A stretch of 63,139 bases of DNA, counting the filler, from Phoronis australis (Eukaryota; Animalia; Phoronida): NCBI GenBank assembly GCA_002633005.1. It is 11 parts of 11 records of this genome, joined end to end, with 100 filler letters (N's around TTAATTAATTAA, not from the genome) between each part and the next. Parts side by side here need not be neighbours in the genome. Positions count along the whole stretch, not along the records: positions 7,829 to 12,587 come from NMRA01002494.1; positions 12,688 to 15,870 come from NMRA01003164.1; positions 15,971 to 19,757 come from NMRA01001571.1; positions 19,858 to 32,424 come from NMRA01001628.1; 7 more parts are not named here. The stretch is one strand, 5' to 3'. The translations under genes were made by a program, and so were the position numbers. Each line of letters starts with the position of its first letter. Position 1 is the first letter of the stretch. The notes below the pieces were generated by a model, which saw only the letters and a list, made by a program, of their open reading frames with translations, made no database searches and had not been told where the DNA came from. Shown piece after piece: positions 11,867 to 24,458 of this stretch.

Positions 11867-12726
11867 CATAGCTCACTAATTGAACCCACTAAGAACTCGA
11901 CAGTTTGTAGGTGTTAGCCACTATAAAATTGCAGATTCAAAAACGGCGCATGCAAGCATTGTCTATGACTTGAGTTTCAAAATTCAAAATCGGATGAAAG
12001 AGGTAATTATGTTTTTATACCCAAAAGCACCTGGTTAAGAATTCAAAATTGACAGCTACATAAACAGCAGCGAAATACAGCTTTAATAAAACAATGAAAA
12101 TGGCGAACTGAGCACGGGAAACACAAAGAATCTATTATGTTTATAATACCCTAAATTACACAGACATGTGCAGTTGTCTATTGGTCAGTGTGGCTCTGGT
12201 GACGTAATTATGCGTACATGTAAGTATATATACTACTGTGATGCAAACAATTAGTAATCGGCAATAGGTAGCGCCACAAAACGGTTTCAGCTGTGACATC
12301 ATTCTGACTACAGACCACGACCACAAGTTAGGAACCACCGAGAACAGTTTAAGTGCATTAGCACCGCAAATTGAAAAGAACGGTATGGTCATAACTGCGT
12401 TAAAAGGGTACTAGTAGCATTTTTAAAGCTCCTGTTTACGATGTACTTATATTTCGTAGAAATAGCTTTATTGTCCGTCATACATGACGAGAGTGTTCAT
12501 TAGGCAACGTAAAATTCTATGAATAAAATTTCAAACAATCAAATTGTACTCGACCTGTCAGGGGCAAGTTACATTGCGGGAGAGAGANNNNNNNNNNNNN
12601 NNNNNNNNNNNNNNNNNNNNNNNNNNNNNNNTTAATTAATTAANNNNNNNNNNNNNNNNNNNNNNNNNNNNNNNNNNNNNNNNNNNNCCTGATCATCTTG
12701 TTGAATAGACGAAACGTTGAGTTAAC

Positions 12727-13173
12727 ATGACCTTTTTTATTTGTGCGGCAATTGTCCGTTTTCTAATCAGGAATATTTGGTTATCGGCGGCCCATATTCT
12801 GGGGTCTAGCAATGTTGAGGCCTGGTCAGCTCTCCAGCAATCTCGAGTGCGGGATGCTCTCGAGCAGTATTTTAACATTATTGTTTCTGTATTTGGGAAC
12901 CCAGGCATAGATGTCTATGCTAGTAGCCTTAATGCTCAAGTTAAGAATTTTGTCTCATGGAAGCCTCAGCCTATGGCTAAATGTGTGGATGCATTTACTG
13001 TTGACTGGTCACAGTTTTTCTTCTATGATTTTTTACCCCTTTGTCTCATTTCCAGGTGTGAGGAAATGGTTATCCACGACCAGGCGTCTGGCGTCATAGT
13101 TATCCCATGGCGGACGACTCGGACACACTTTACAATAGTGTTTAGTCTTCTGACAGTGTACCACGGGTTCTGA
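12727..13173 (+). mobile_element. DIRS-type tyrosine-recombinase retrotransposon fragment (RNase H end plus methyltransferase-like domain), degenerate
   Basis: LSAAHILGSSNVEA..SR, then PGIDVYASSLNAQVKNFVSWKPQP.A..VDAFTVDW...FY.FLP.CLI, and IVIPW; resembles the DIRS pattern AHIPG..N..AD..SR / IDLFAS..N / DAF..W..YAFPP. Confidence 0.8.
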
Positions 13174-14438
13174 AGGCTTCAGTTCAGAATCTCATCCACC
13201 GCTTCGCTTCGTAACCGACTCGAGTTACTAGTATGCAAGTCATCAGGCAATACCTGTAACTGTGTGTATCGACAAGTGGTTGCACTTTTGCTGTGAAGGG
13301 TCGTTTGATCCCTTTCATCTCTCTGTGAGGCCTGTGTTGTTTTTGCATAGCCTTCTTAAAACAGGTTTGAGCTACTCCAGTCTGAATACAGCTCATTCAA
13401 GCAACAGTCTTCAACACTGATGCAGCTGGCAATGGTGTTGGAAAGCAGTTCCTAGTGCGTAGANNNNNNNNNNNNNNNNNNNNNNNNNNNNNNNNNNNNN
13501 NNNNNNNNNNNNNNNNNNNNNNNNNNNNNNNNNNNNNNNNNNNNNNNNNNNNNNNNNNNNNNNNNNNNNNNNNNNNNNNNNNNNNNNNNNNNNNNNNNNN
13601 NNNNNNNNNNNNNNNNNNNNNNNNNNNNNNNNNNNNNNNNNNNNNNNNNNNNNNNNNNNNNNNNNNNNNNNNNNNNNNNNNNNNNNNNNNNNNNNNNNNN
13701 NNNNNNNNNNNNNNNNNNNNNNNNNNNNNNNNNNNNNNNNNNNNNNNNNNNNNNNNNNNNNNNNNNNNNNNNNNNNNNNNNNNNNNNNNNNNNNNNNNNN
13801 NNNNNNNNNNNNNNNNNNNNNNNNNNNNNNNNNNNNNNNNNNNNNNNNNNNNNNNNNNNNNNNNNNNNNNNNNNNNNNNNNNNNNNNNNNNNNNNNNNNN
13901 NNNNNNNNNNNNNNNNNNNNNNNNNNNNNNNNNNNNNNNNNNNNNNNNNNNNNNNNNNNNNNNNNNNNNNNNNNNNNNNNNNNNNNNNNNNNNNNNNNNN
14001 NNNNNNNNNNNNNNNNNNNNNNNNNNNNNNNNNNNNNNNNNNNNNNNNNNNNNNNNNNNNNNNNNNNNNNNNNNNNNNNNNNNNNNNNNNNNNNNNNNNN
14101 NNNNNNNNNNNNNNNNNNNNNNNNNNNNNNNNNNNNNNNNNNNNNNNNNNNNNNNNNNNNNNNNNNNNNNNNNNNNNNNNNNNNNNNNNNNNNNNNNNNN
14201 NNNNNNNNNNNNNNNNNNNNNNNNNNNNNNNNNNNNNNNNNNNNNNNNNNNNNNNNNNNNNNNNNNNNNNNNNNNNNNNNNNNNNNNNNNNNNNNNNNNN
14301 NNNNNNNNNNNNNNNNNNNNNNNNNNNNNNNNNNNNNNNNNNNNNNNNNNNNNNNNNNNNNNNNNNNNNNNNNNNNNNNNNNNNNNNNNNNNNNNNNNNN
14401 NNNNNNNNNNNNNNNNNNNNNNNNNNNNNNNNNNNNNN

Positions 14439-14564
14439 CCCCCGAGCCCCCTTGGTTGCGCGCATATGCTAGTCAGCAATTTGCTCCCGAACTGCCAAAT
14501 GGTATCTGGTAGAATTTTAGGGGGGCCATGGCCCCCTTGTCCCTCCCCCCTAAATCCGCCACTG
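14439..14564 (-). mobile_element. hAT-like MITE end (CAGTGGCGGATTTAG family)
   Basis: Reverse complement resembles 26566-26730 and 51208-51340 (CCTAAAAT...TTGGCAGTTCG). Confidence 0.6.
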
Positions 14565-15970
14565 GCACTGGTCGGTACCATTTTATACGATCGCGACTCA
14601 GAAACATCCAGATGCACACCTCCCAAGTCGCACATCAAAAGAGAACGGCGACTGTTCTAAATAAAATATTGCACCGACTTGGCTAGATCAAGCGCTTGGG
14701 TGTTGCATATACTCGGATGCATGTGACCATTAGATACCGCTGATTCAAAGACTTGAAAGTCTTGTGACACATTCTTTGAAATCAACATCGGGAAAGGGTG
14801 TACTTACAAACCCTGCACGTGATCGTCGAGCAGAACGGCTTTGGGTACACTTTGGAGGCACGCAATGAAAATAGTGTGCAGTCAACATGTCGATGGGTTG
14901 TACTATGACGGGGAAGGCGTATTTTCTTGACTTCAAAGTATAAAATGCCTTGTGCAATTGGTCTTTCACATCGAACGATAGTTTAAATATGACAACTTAT
15001 TCGCAGCGCTAAATTTGTTCTTTTTGTTCAATATTTTGTTCCCAACCCAATCGTTTAGACTTTCCTGGAGGTTTCAGTAATCGGCGTCAGTGCAGCTAGC
15101 TGCGTCGGCTACGAGCTACATGTAAGTTTCGAACGCCTTGTGTAAATTGCCTTTGTCTTCAAACGAAGAATAATAGTGATAAAAATGACGAATTTTGTCG
15201 TGTCAAGACGGCAACATAATCGTGGTGTTTGTTTTGTCTGTCGTTTTTTGTTTGGTATTTTGCCCGTACCTCAATAGCTTAGACCTTTCTGACGGCTTGT
15301 TGTTGTGTCGATCTCAGACGTTTAAAATGCAAATTAACCAGTTGACGTATACTGTTGTGCTAGAATCTAATCCAATGCATAATAGTCTAGTGGCAAGTTA
15401 AACACGGGTGATTTCCGACACAATTTCAACTTATAATTTGAATGTGCTGATGTCACAGCGTAGGCCTATGCTCACAATATTATTTTTCTTCAGAGAAATC
15501 ATGGTGAAATCGAAAAAGAAACCTGGTGGAAATAACTACTAAATATATTTGGAATTTCATCGGAAATTTTTGCTATATAGTTTCCCCAATTTTCGACCGC
15601 AAGAAAAAACGCCGGATAATTTGAATTCTACAACAACCCATCAACTGAAAACATAACTAAACACAACAGCAAACCGTGGTTCAACAATAATATTAAACGG
15701 GTTCAAGAAAAGAAATAGACTTTACAGCTCTTTCAGAACATCTAACAACACTGTGACCTACACCATATCTTATATGTCAATTGTCTTATAGTGTTTGATT
15801 TTACTTTATTTCTGTTTCTGTTTCTGTTTCTGTTGACAAAGGAAGTTATTACATCCGAAAATTTCAAATTNNNNNNNNNNNNNNNNNNNNNNNNNNNNNN
15901 NNNNNNNNNNNNNNTTAATTAATTAANNNNNNNNNNNNNNNNNNNNNNNNNNNNNNNNNNNNNNNNNNNN

Positions 15971-16620
15971 TAAAGTTATGCCTAAACTTGTCAGAGTTGA
16001 GGAAAAGACCGCATCTTGATCTATACAATGCTATTTCGTTATCACGGGGAAGGGAGAATTGAGTCAAGGGTGTTGAGTTATCAAAATTATGAAAAACAGT
16101 TTTAATCGTAAAAGAGTTGCTTTCTATAACAGAGACTGGAAGAGAATTCCAGTTGTTGATGCACATCATTACTGTAGACCTTCTGAATGCCTGACTGAAC
16201 GACGGAGGAATTGCATATGGGGTGGAGTATAGATCAAATATTTTTTGACAGCCGCGACGTTGTTGACATTGTTTATTACTTTGAAAGTAAATGTGGTCAT
16301 GTGAAGATTGCGTCGAGTAGACAGTTTGGACTACTTGAGACTATTCAAAACCATAACACTATTGGATCCCCTGTAAGCTCCGGGGTTATGAGTAAGGCAG
16401 CTTGATACTGTAACTTCAAATGTTGGAGTGCACCCGTATTGGCCGACTGATATATGATATCACAATAATCGATGTATGGAAGTACAAAGGATTTGCACAA
16501 ATTTTCTATATGTATAGAATTCAGATGACGAGAGACAAGCTGAAGTGGGTTAATTAGTTCCGTGAGGTGTGAATGAGAGTTTTTCATCTAACAGTACCAA
16601 GATGTCTGTGTGTACCATGG
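15971..16620 (-). mobile_element. L2/CR1-group LINE, degenerate C-terminal part of ORF2
   Basis: LCKSFVLPYIDYCDIIYQSAN...LQYQAALLIT, CINNWNSLPVSV and RSRCGLFLNSDKFRHN, with frameshifts. Confidence 0.75.
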
Positions 16621-16744
16621 TATTTGCGTCTCTGAAGTATTCGTGAAATTCATAACTGCCATCTCAGATATGCAGGCTTCCCGTGACCCCAGGGATCAGT
16701 AATTTACGATTCCTCTGTTACAAGTGGGTTTGCAATGGCTTTAA

Positions 16745-18402
16745 AGGAGCATGCCACCCAAAAAACAACCTAATTTGTATCAATTTAGATCGAGTAGTTC
16801 TACTCCATAACGACACGTACGGTTGCGTTACCTGACACCTAACGGCAGACGGAGGTTGAAATTATCCAATGACGTCATCGGTTTCACACGCAGTCTGTTC
16901 ATCAGTTCACAACACGGGTTACTGGTGTCAGCTTATCGCTTGAAGTCATCGTTTAACACCAATAAATCATCAAACTTCGATGTAAAACCCTAAAAAATAC
17001 ACCGAGTTCATATAAAAACGTGTTGTTTTATTTCGCTCTTACGGATTTGTTGGTATTTGGACACATCGTAGCCTACAAAGTTCGGCAGGCCAATAAGGTC
17101 CGTAGCAGGAGTTTGGGGTGTGTTCGGAGATAATTTCGAAGTATTTTCCGTGAGATACAGAGAGGAGAACCTAGATCTGTGTTGTTTAGACTTGTGATTT
17201 TTTGAGTTCTAAACACAAAACGCTGGTTATCCTGGCCATTGGCTCAGAGCCCGATCAGGCCCGTCGCGGCCGGCCAGATTGACTCGTTCCGGCGGCCAGT
17301 GGCTCGGAAACTGATCAGACATCACGAACATAAACCAGCCAAAGTTCAGTGGAAACTAAACTTCCATTCAAGAAAATGCTATACTAGTGAGCCAAAGTAA
17401 TGTGCACGTGATTATGTTGGTGAATTAGCCACGAAACTGCAAATCTACTTACTCGTCGGGGGCCGCGAATTCAGGTTCCGCTTTGGCCACCGTCAGGGCA
17501 GAAGTTGTACATTGACAATCATTATATGAGTAATGTAAATGTAAATAAAAATTCCCCTAACTCCTGGCCGTGGGATGGAAATCGAGTTGTTTCTGCCAGC
17601 AAACAATAAATTAGCATGCGCTCACACGGCCTCGGTGTCCCGTCAATTAGTTTTATTGCACCTAAAGCCGGTAACGCAGTGATTTATTCATTGCTGGCTT
17701 CTCAAATCATTTGCACTCACGAACACTCCAAAGGCATTACACATTGCATCTAATGAGACATACTTTGTTTCAGTTTTACATAAGTATTGGTTAGGGTGAG
17801 AATAATTCATTTTGAAACAGAACGCTCAGTAATACTATACGCCAACATGACTCGCAATACCGACTTAGGACGAGCTAGAACTCATCAGTCCCGACTTTGC
17901 AGGTGAATCGTTAACATTTACATGCTATCAATTCGAACAGGAACACAGTGATGAAGATATACTAGAGAGGCGCCGTGAACAAGCTCAGACAACAGAACGT
18001 ATGGAGTTTTTGGTAAGCCGGCATTCGTCAGGCATTGTCGACGTCTGCAGGCCACAGACTCGGAGATGTTTCACGGCCTCATACTTGCTATTTACAGCGT
18101 ACATTTCATTCTTCTCTACCATAAGCCACTTCCTAGGCATTTCGGACTCTCGAGGAAGTAAAAAAACGATATAGCCGCTTTCCTCGCAGCTGCTTAGTTC
18201 GGACAAGCGGGAATGATGCACTGCAACATAGCGGCATTCACTCTGCATATGAACCACTGACGTCGCTAGCGTCGTTTCTCACCTTCCTCACAGGTTAACG
18301 TGACACCTCTTGGCAAGGTAAGGTCGACCGTATGCGAGGCGATGTGAATATTGACCAATTAAGACGGCAAAAAAGACTAATGAAATCGGGTGGCATTCTC
18401 CT
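16745..18402. mobile_element. Non-autonomous Kolobok DNA transposon
   Basis: TIRs AGGAGCATGCCACC / GGTGGCATTCTCCT, flanked by TTAA (16741-16744 and 18403-18406); RR...YY termini with a TTAA TSD are Kolobok hallmarks. Confidence 0.85.
17869..18012 (+). pseudogene. KolX-like (P2X7-tail-like) accessory gene, first-exon remnant
   Basis: CYQFEQEHSDEDILERRREQ...ERMEF then gtaagc; resembles the PYxFEP plus acidic N-terminus of KolX proteins and lies inside a Kolobok element. Confidence 0.45.
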
Positions 18403-19055
18403 TTAAATAGGCTCGTGGATGAAACATTCAGTCGATTGTTTTTCGGACTCGCCATTATTACCGAGTTTCGTCGACATGACAACACAGACATCTTTCGCTA
18501 GGTTTTAACATAGTAATGAGTGTTTTCAACCTGAAATTAATCTCTCGGGAGCGTTTTCTTTACGTAGCTTAGAAAAATCAATCATTCAAAAGGTGCGAAT
18601 TAAAAATTGAAAGAATTAAGATTTACTCTGATTATTACACGACACATTAGTGACGTAACATAGCAAATTGGCACGAAAAGGGTTTTTTGTGGTCATTGGA
18701 TGTGATTTCCATGACATGAAAAATATGTTTTGATCTCAGTCTTCAGCTGGTACAGAAAAGCCAAGTAAACATATTTTACGTTTTGAAGTGAACAATTTGC
18801 AAGTCCTCCGTTGTTCAAAACATCACTTTCGGAAAATCGGTGCCTATCCTCCTGTTGTCAAAATGTGAATAATGTGGAAAATTGGCCTTATATTCAAAAG
18901 ATCTATGATGAAGTCAAGGTCAGTTGTAGCGGACTCAGCATCATCATGACATCGAGTCAGAGCAGTGACAAATCCCGTCAGACCAACGTCAGGCCANNNN
19001 NNNNNNNNNNNNNNNNNNNNNNNNNNNNNNNNNNNNNNNNNNNNNNNNNNNNNNN

Positions 19056-19500
19056 TGGCCAGTACAGTGACTGGAGCCAGTGGAGGCACTTCATCTACTG
19101 TCACCCGTGCCTCCGAACGTACCCCAGAGCGTGCAATTCGTGGAAACAGTAGTGATTCGCCCTGTGCTGTTTTCTCCAGCCCAGAGCCTCTAAGCAGCCC
19201 TCCTGAGTAGTGGGAGTGGTTACAGGCCCAGTTCGACACCCAGTAAAGAGGACAGTTCGTCGTCCAGTGAACTGATCGGTGAGCCAAACTTTGATAAGTT
19301 TATTGTGGACTTGTCTAAAGTGTTGGAGCTATTTAGAAGGTGTCAGGTGTGTGGCGAGGGAGTCACACGACACGATGTAAGCAGTTTGGGTGCTCAGGTC
19401 ACCATCCAGTGGGAGTGTGTCGCCGGACACTCTGGCAAGTGGGACAGTTGTTCCTCTGTCCGTGGTATGCCGGAGGTCCACTTAACCATGTCCAGTAGTG
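19056..19500 (+). pseudogene. Kolobok-type transposase N-terminal fragment
   Basis: Ser-rich linker, then KFIVDLSKVLELFRRCQVCG..V.SLGAQVTIQWECVAGHSGKWDSC..V.GMPEV.L (CxxC...CxxxH...WxS motif). Confidence 0.7.
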
Positions 19501-20425
19501 GCTTGGCCTCGTCGAACTCTGAACAGCACAAGCATTCCATTGAGGTAGGTATAACAACGCACACAGTGCATTTGCACCAAGATGTGTCATCACGGCTGTC
19601 CTCACTAGCCGCCTCGTTTCTCTCAACAGCTGCCTGTGCCTGTGCGTACGCTGCCTATACTCGGGCTCATGAACATGTACCCACCCACCGAATGTCCGTG
19701 AAAGAATTCCTCGTCACCACTGCTGTGAACAAGGTCTCCGTCACTCACACTACTGTCNNNNNNNNNNNNNNNNNNNNNNNNNNNNNNNNNNNNNNNNNNN
19801 NTTAATTAATTAANNNNNNNNNNNNNNNNNNNNNNNNNNNNNNNNNNNNNNNNNNNNACCGACAGCAATGAAGGCGTACTGGTACTCTAGCTATGAAGAC
19901 ACACGGACAGTTAAAGGCGTAGCCTACCTGCAGCTATGAGCTGTCTTATTTCACCTCACATTCTGTTGTCATATTGTAAGTGAACTACAACCATTAAAAG
20001 CCGAACTTGGCGCATGCTTGGACCCGATGCTTTGAGGACATCGCCCGTAACATGTTTAGATTTACGTGCGCATGTTACCTTTGTCTTGCGTTGTCTGTGT
20101 GTATACCAAGAAACGAATGTGTTTATAACTATTATATGATGTACCAGGGATTCATAATACAGTGTATGCCCTTTCTTAGGCTGTACATAATTCACCTGAG
20201 CCAAACATAAACTAAAACGTAAACGTGGAATATGTTGTGAAGGAAATGAACGGAAATGCAATAGCGAAGATTACCAAAATGACAGTGAATAGTACGGGGC
20301 TTTAAAAGTTGGCGGGTCACCAAAACAGTTCATCCATTACAAATTTGGTTTGCACGGAACTCAGTACGGAAACAGACGAAAGTAGTAACGGTCAATACAT
20401 AGCGCTAACCATAGTATTCAGATGT

Positions 20426-20671
20426 CTATGTGCCAACATCAGCATTGAGGCCCAGTTCCTGAATAACTGTTTCAGTGACATTCCAAGCTGCGATAGGCTC
20501 TTTGACAACGGCAATCAAATTATCAACAGCGAAAGCAGGTGAGATGCACAGTTCCTCAACGTTAACTTCCGCAGACTCCTTCGCAATTGTCAGGAGGTCC
20601 TTAAGAAATGCATCATCACAAGCAAGAACGACACCTATAGGTAAGTCTAGTGGTAACTGCAAGATGGCCAA
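20426..20671 (-). pseudogene. Degenerate ORF of an unrecognised family, homologous to 29129-29851
   Basis: ACDDAFLKDLL...EVNVEELCISPAFAVDNLIAVVKE.IAA...ETVIQELGLN aligns with ACDNVAFLKDLV...EVSVVGLGIATASIVDSLVVVATE.DAV...KTVIKELEIN. Confidence 0.55.
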
Positions 20672-21860
20672 GGACAGTCCATTGCGGAATCATTATTATC
20701 CAACAAATCAATGGCGGATTTACTACAACCCCCACAATGGCGGATTTATGATAACCCAGCCCAGTGAGCTTGTGGTTGGACCAATTGCATTTTGTGGGTC
20801 AGAGTACATGTAGTTGTAATTCATTGCCCGTATATTCTGCAACTGGAGTTATTCCGATTTTGGTTTAAATTACAAAAAGACAAAAATTTATTAAACGGGA
20901 CCCTTGGTTGAGTTCAGGCTAACGGAAGAATCTCGCGAAGGCAGTAGTATGATCACGTGCTTTTCGTGTAATGATAAAGCGATATCTCGCGAAGTCTTGC
21001 GTTTTCGCGTGGGTTTTATGTCTACGGAAAACGCGACTGGCCATGCACGGACCTTGGGTGAAAGGAGGGAACTTCAAATGGAAAGACGGTCCCAAAATAG
21101 GAAAGGCGGATACGAAATGGAAAGGACAGGCTTGTGATGAGGAAGACAGTGTTGTAAAAGTAACGAATTTATTAAGATTATTGGCAGCACGTCAATTTAA
21201 CTTATAATGAACGCCAAATTCTCAAGAACACATCTTAACCAATACTGCACCAGCTTCTAGGAATGATGGTATAGAAAAACACATTCCCAGCACTTTGATT
21301 GCAATGTCCTATGTACACGGAACTTGTTTTCCTATTCCCGTTGGCGAACACTCGTGAGAACCGTAACGGCAATATGTACGCTCCACATAATTTCAATCTT
21401 TTGACACGCGACAAGACAACGACATGGCGCTGCGTTGTTGCTGCAACTTTATTGTGCAATATTATGTGATCCCCGAGAAAAGTGTATTAGTTGTAATGGT
21501 TCTACTGAAAAATCGAAAACTCGCCCGCCCTTCTCAACACAACCCCGTCCTCCAGTTTGCTCCTCCCGTGAAAACGAGAAACTAGCTGTATATTTTTAAA
21601 GTCCCACAGATCGTTGAATAGGTCAAGGCTTCAGCTAACATAGAAGATACCAAAATGTAATAAATCAATGAAATGTAGAGGCAGTGAACATGCCCTTTGA
21701 AACACTCAACACTATATTTCCATACATTTGTGTAAAGAAAGGCGATAACTCACCGTTTAACAGGACGAATTCAAAGGAGATCTTACCAAAAACTACACCA
21801 ACACAATGATACTTTTGTATGACCTAGGTATTTAAATATTCCCTGTGTTGTTAATTTCAG

Positions 21861-21992
21861 TGTGCGATGCCGGATTCTTCGGGTCTCCGTGTAAACCTTG
21901 CCATTGCTTCAATAAGGGTGTTTGCGGCGCCTCCGGATGTACAGACATGCTTTGCGCCGCGGGATACATAAGTCCACCGCAGTGTCAAACTA
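21861..21992 (+). CDS. Laminin-type EGF exon of an EGF/FN3 cell-surface protein (MEGF/Tie/receptor-PTP-like)
   Basis: tttcag| ... |gtgtgt, phase 1-1; CDAGFFGSPCKPCHCFNKGVCGASGCTDMLCAAGYISPPQCQT. Confidence 0.8.
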
Positions 21993-22514
21993 GTGTGTCG
22001 TTTCAAATAGTTTCTTGTTTTCTTTACGTTTTCACAGTTACAAGCATACATGTACAGGTGTTCCGCTTAGTGCATCATAAAAGGTTAATTCAAGACTAAG
22101 ATTATAATTTTTCGTAATATATGTTTTATATCGTTTATGTTGTTACTAATACCGCAAACCAAATGCTTGATTTATAGCTTAAAAGATCTTAACAACCAAT
22201 ATTAGGATACGTTCTAATTTCAACCGACTTGCGTGTTGTTTTCTTCATGTTGGTAGTGTTTTAAATCATAAGCTTTTGTTGGAAATGGTGTACGGAAAAT
22301 GTGTCAATAAGTTTATTTTTTGCTGTAGACGGACAAGCTCAGATGAGTTGATTCTCTTAGATAATATATTTATTATAGCGGCATGAAACCTCACAGCATG
22401 CAATACAAAAACAATTATTACCTTTTATGCAATACAGCCCCAGCCTGATACTAATTAATGTGTAACTTTGACGAATACTTGTTACGCTTGTGTAGCGTTT
22501 ATTGTTTCCTTTAG

Positions 22515-22649
22515 AATGTGCTCCCGGCACCTTCGGACTGAACTGCAGATTTTTGTGCCATTGTCAGTCCAGTCCCACTTGCATCCACATCAACGGCCAG
22601 TGCGACGGCGCATGTCACGTAGACTGGACCGGATCCGGTTGCCAGACAC
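22515..22649 (+). CDS. Second laminin-type EGF exon of the same gene
   Basis: ctttag| ... |gtaaga, phase 1-1; CAPGTFGLNCRFLCHCQSSPTCIHINGQCDGACHVDWTGSGCQT. Confidence 0.85.
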
Positions 22650-23059
22650 GTAAGAGTTGCTTTCGCGTTCTTACTCAAGTAATTGCTCAACTTCTCAAAT
22701 TCTATATATTAAGGGAGCTGTTAAAATTGAGAATTGGTCTATTTACCTAATTTTAGGAACTGGTACAAATCTGCTAACTGTGTCAACTTCTGTCGTAGTT
22801 TTGTATGGATGTCAAACTAGGAAACAGTGGAGTTGGCGGGTCTAGTTGAATTATCGCAATTTTGTACATACAGGTCACCATGTATATGCCGTCTCTTCTC
22901 TGTGTCAAAGCCTATGCAAATGGACCTCCGGTAAATTAGGGAGCACGTGCATTGAATGAAAAGATTTTTGCCCTTGTTGCACACGAATAAATACCGCTTA
23001 GACCAATTCACACAGATATAGTGCTAAACTTCATATTGGGACATTGTTGCTAATACATG

Positions 23060-23560
23060 TACTCCCGTCACATCGGAGGTGCGGTGCCACAGCGGTGGTT
23101 GTACGACATAAAGCGCTATGGCACCTCCATGATCGCCTTGGTTCCCCAATGGTTCCGCCATTGATCGCCGTAGCACCGCGGAAAACTGTGAAAACCGCGG
23201 ACTTCCGCAGTGGCACAGCGGAAACTTTGAACATATTCAAAACTTCCCCAGTGCCACCGCGGGTTGGGCCAATCCGCAGTGGGATCGCCACGACACCGAC
23301 ATGGCCGCCATGCACCGTACAAGGACCGCACAAGCATTTCCATCACCGCCGTGCTTCCGCAGTACAACCGTCGTGCAATCACCGAAAACGTAGACTGGCG
23401 ACCCTACGGTTCTTTTGCGTTGATGACGATGATACCACTGTACTACCAAGGGAGCACTGCGGAGCAGGGAGCAATTCTAGAAAATTTGGCGGTGTTCTTG
23501 AGGTGCTTGTCGGCAATGGCGTTTCCACTGAGGTTCTTGCTCGGTGCTACTGCGGGCCTA
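23060..23560. mobile_element. GC-rich MITE-like insertion (possibly PIF/Harbinger)
   Basis: Abrupt GC-rich block with recurring CCGCGG/CACCG/GCGGT motifs in both orientations, starting near CCCGTCACATCGG. Boundaries approximate. Confidence 0.4.
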
Positions 23561-24337
23561 TTTTGTAGTACAAAAGCTTCGGTTTTTTGCTTAAATTTCA
23601 GTGTGAAACTTTTGAACAGTTTGGTTTGTCACGAGCATGGCTTGTTCTGAGCAGATTAGGCAGAACTGGTAAAGTTTCTGTTATTAATAGCATTTACATT
23701 CAGCTTTTGAGAAATGAAAAATTGTTATTTTGGCGACTATGAGATGAGAGTCGCCGTATATTAAGAAATTACAAACGCTGAAGTTCCTTTGTCATATGTC
23801 AATAAATGGCTAGATAAGATTCTATAACTATTTGTAGAGTGTATGCACTAATGCTTTTGGTGTGTCCATGTTTCGTAAAGAGTGGCATTGCACACACTCG
23901 CGAACATGTAACGAGAACATGTTGGTAAACGTTTATTTCAGTTGAATAAGGCATCTGCTGGGTTGAGCACGTGCGTGTTTCAACCTCGTGCTTGTTTTAG
24001 AATCAACATACATTTCTAATGGAAGGGCGTTACAGATACGTATTGCAGAGTCTGTTAAGTGCTTCGAGCATCTATGAATCTGCCGCTTTCAAAGGTTATC
24101 GTTTAATCTTTCAAAAATTGGCTCAACATGTACATGTATCTAATTTACCTATGTTTAAAAACACCTCTAAAGGTTTCTGAAGCATTGTATTTGTTTAAAA
24201 TAGCTTTAAACAACGGGAAGTAACCTGAATTTAATGCCCGTTTTTTACCTACAGCACACAGGAATATAGTAATTAGTGAACGTAAGTACAGTAATCTCAA
24301 TGCTGCTGATATCGGTAATTCTTCTCATTCGGTTTAG

Positions 24338-24458
24338 GTCTTCCAAGACTACTTTCTGCGCCGCTTGTGTCAAACGTCACGTGCTCTTCGGTCATTGTCA
24401 CGTGGCTGGCTTGGAGATATCAGATCGATATTGGAGACTCCCCGTTGCATGGATACAC
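24338..24458 (+). CDS. FN3 domain, first-half exon
   Basis: tttag| ... |gtacgt, phase 1-2; LPRLLSAPLVSNVTCSSVIVTWLAWRYQIDIGDSPLHGY (P.V..VT.SS..V.W...GY pattern). Confidence 0.78.

Noticed and set aside
13397-14660. Long ORFs of 337-413 aa (also 37782-38384)
   Set aside because: They consist almost entirely of N-gap translation.
14745-14969. THAP-domain remnant (IVCSQH on the + strand)
   Set aside because: Other THAP motifs could not be placed in a consistent frame.
20661-20692. RT motif look-alike IPQWTVLGHL on the minus strand
   Set aside because: Only ~10 residues, with no flanking RT similarity.
23044-23650. Overlapping 128-174 aa ORFs
   Set aside because: GC-rich repetitive insertion open on both strands, with no recognisable domain.
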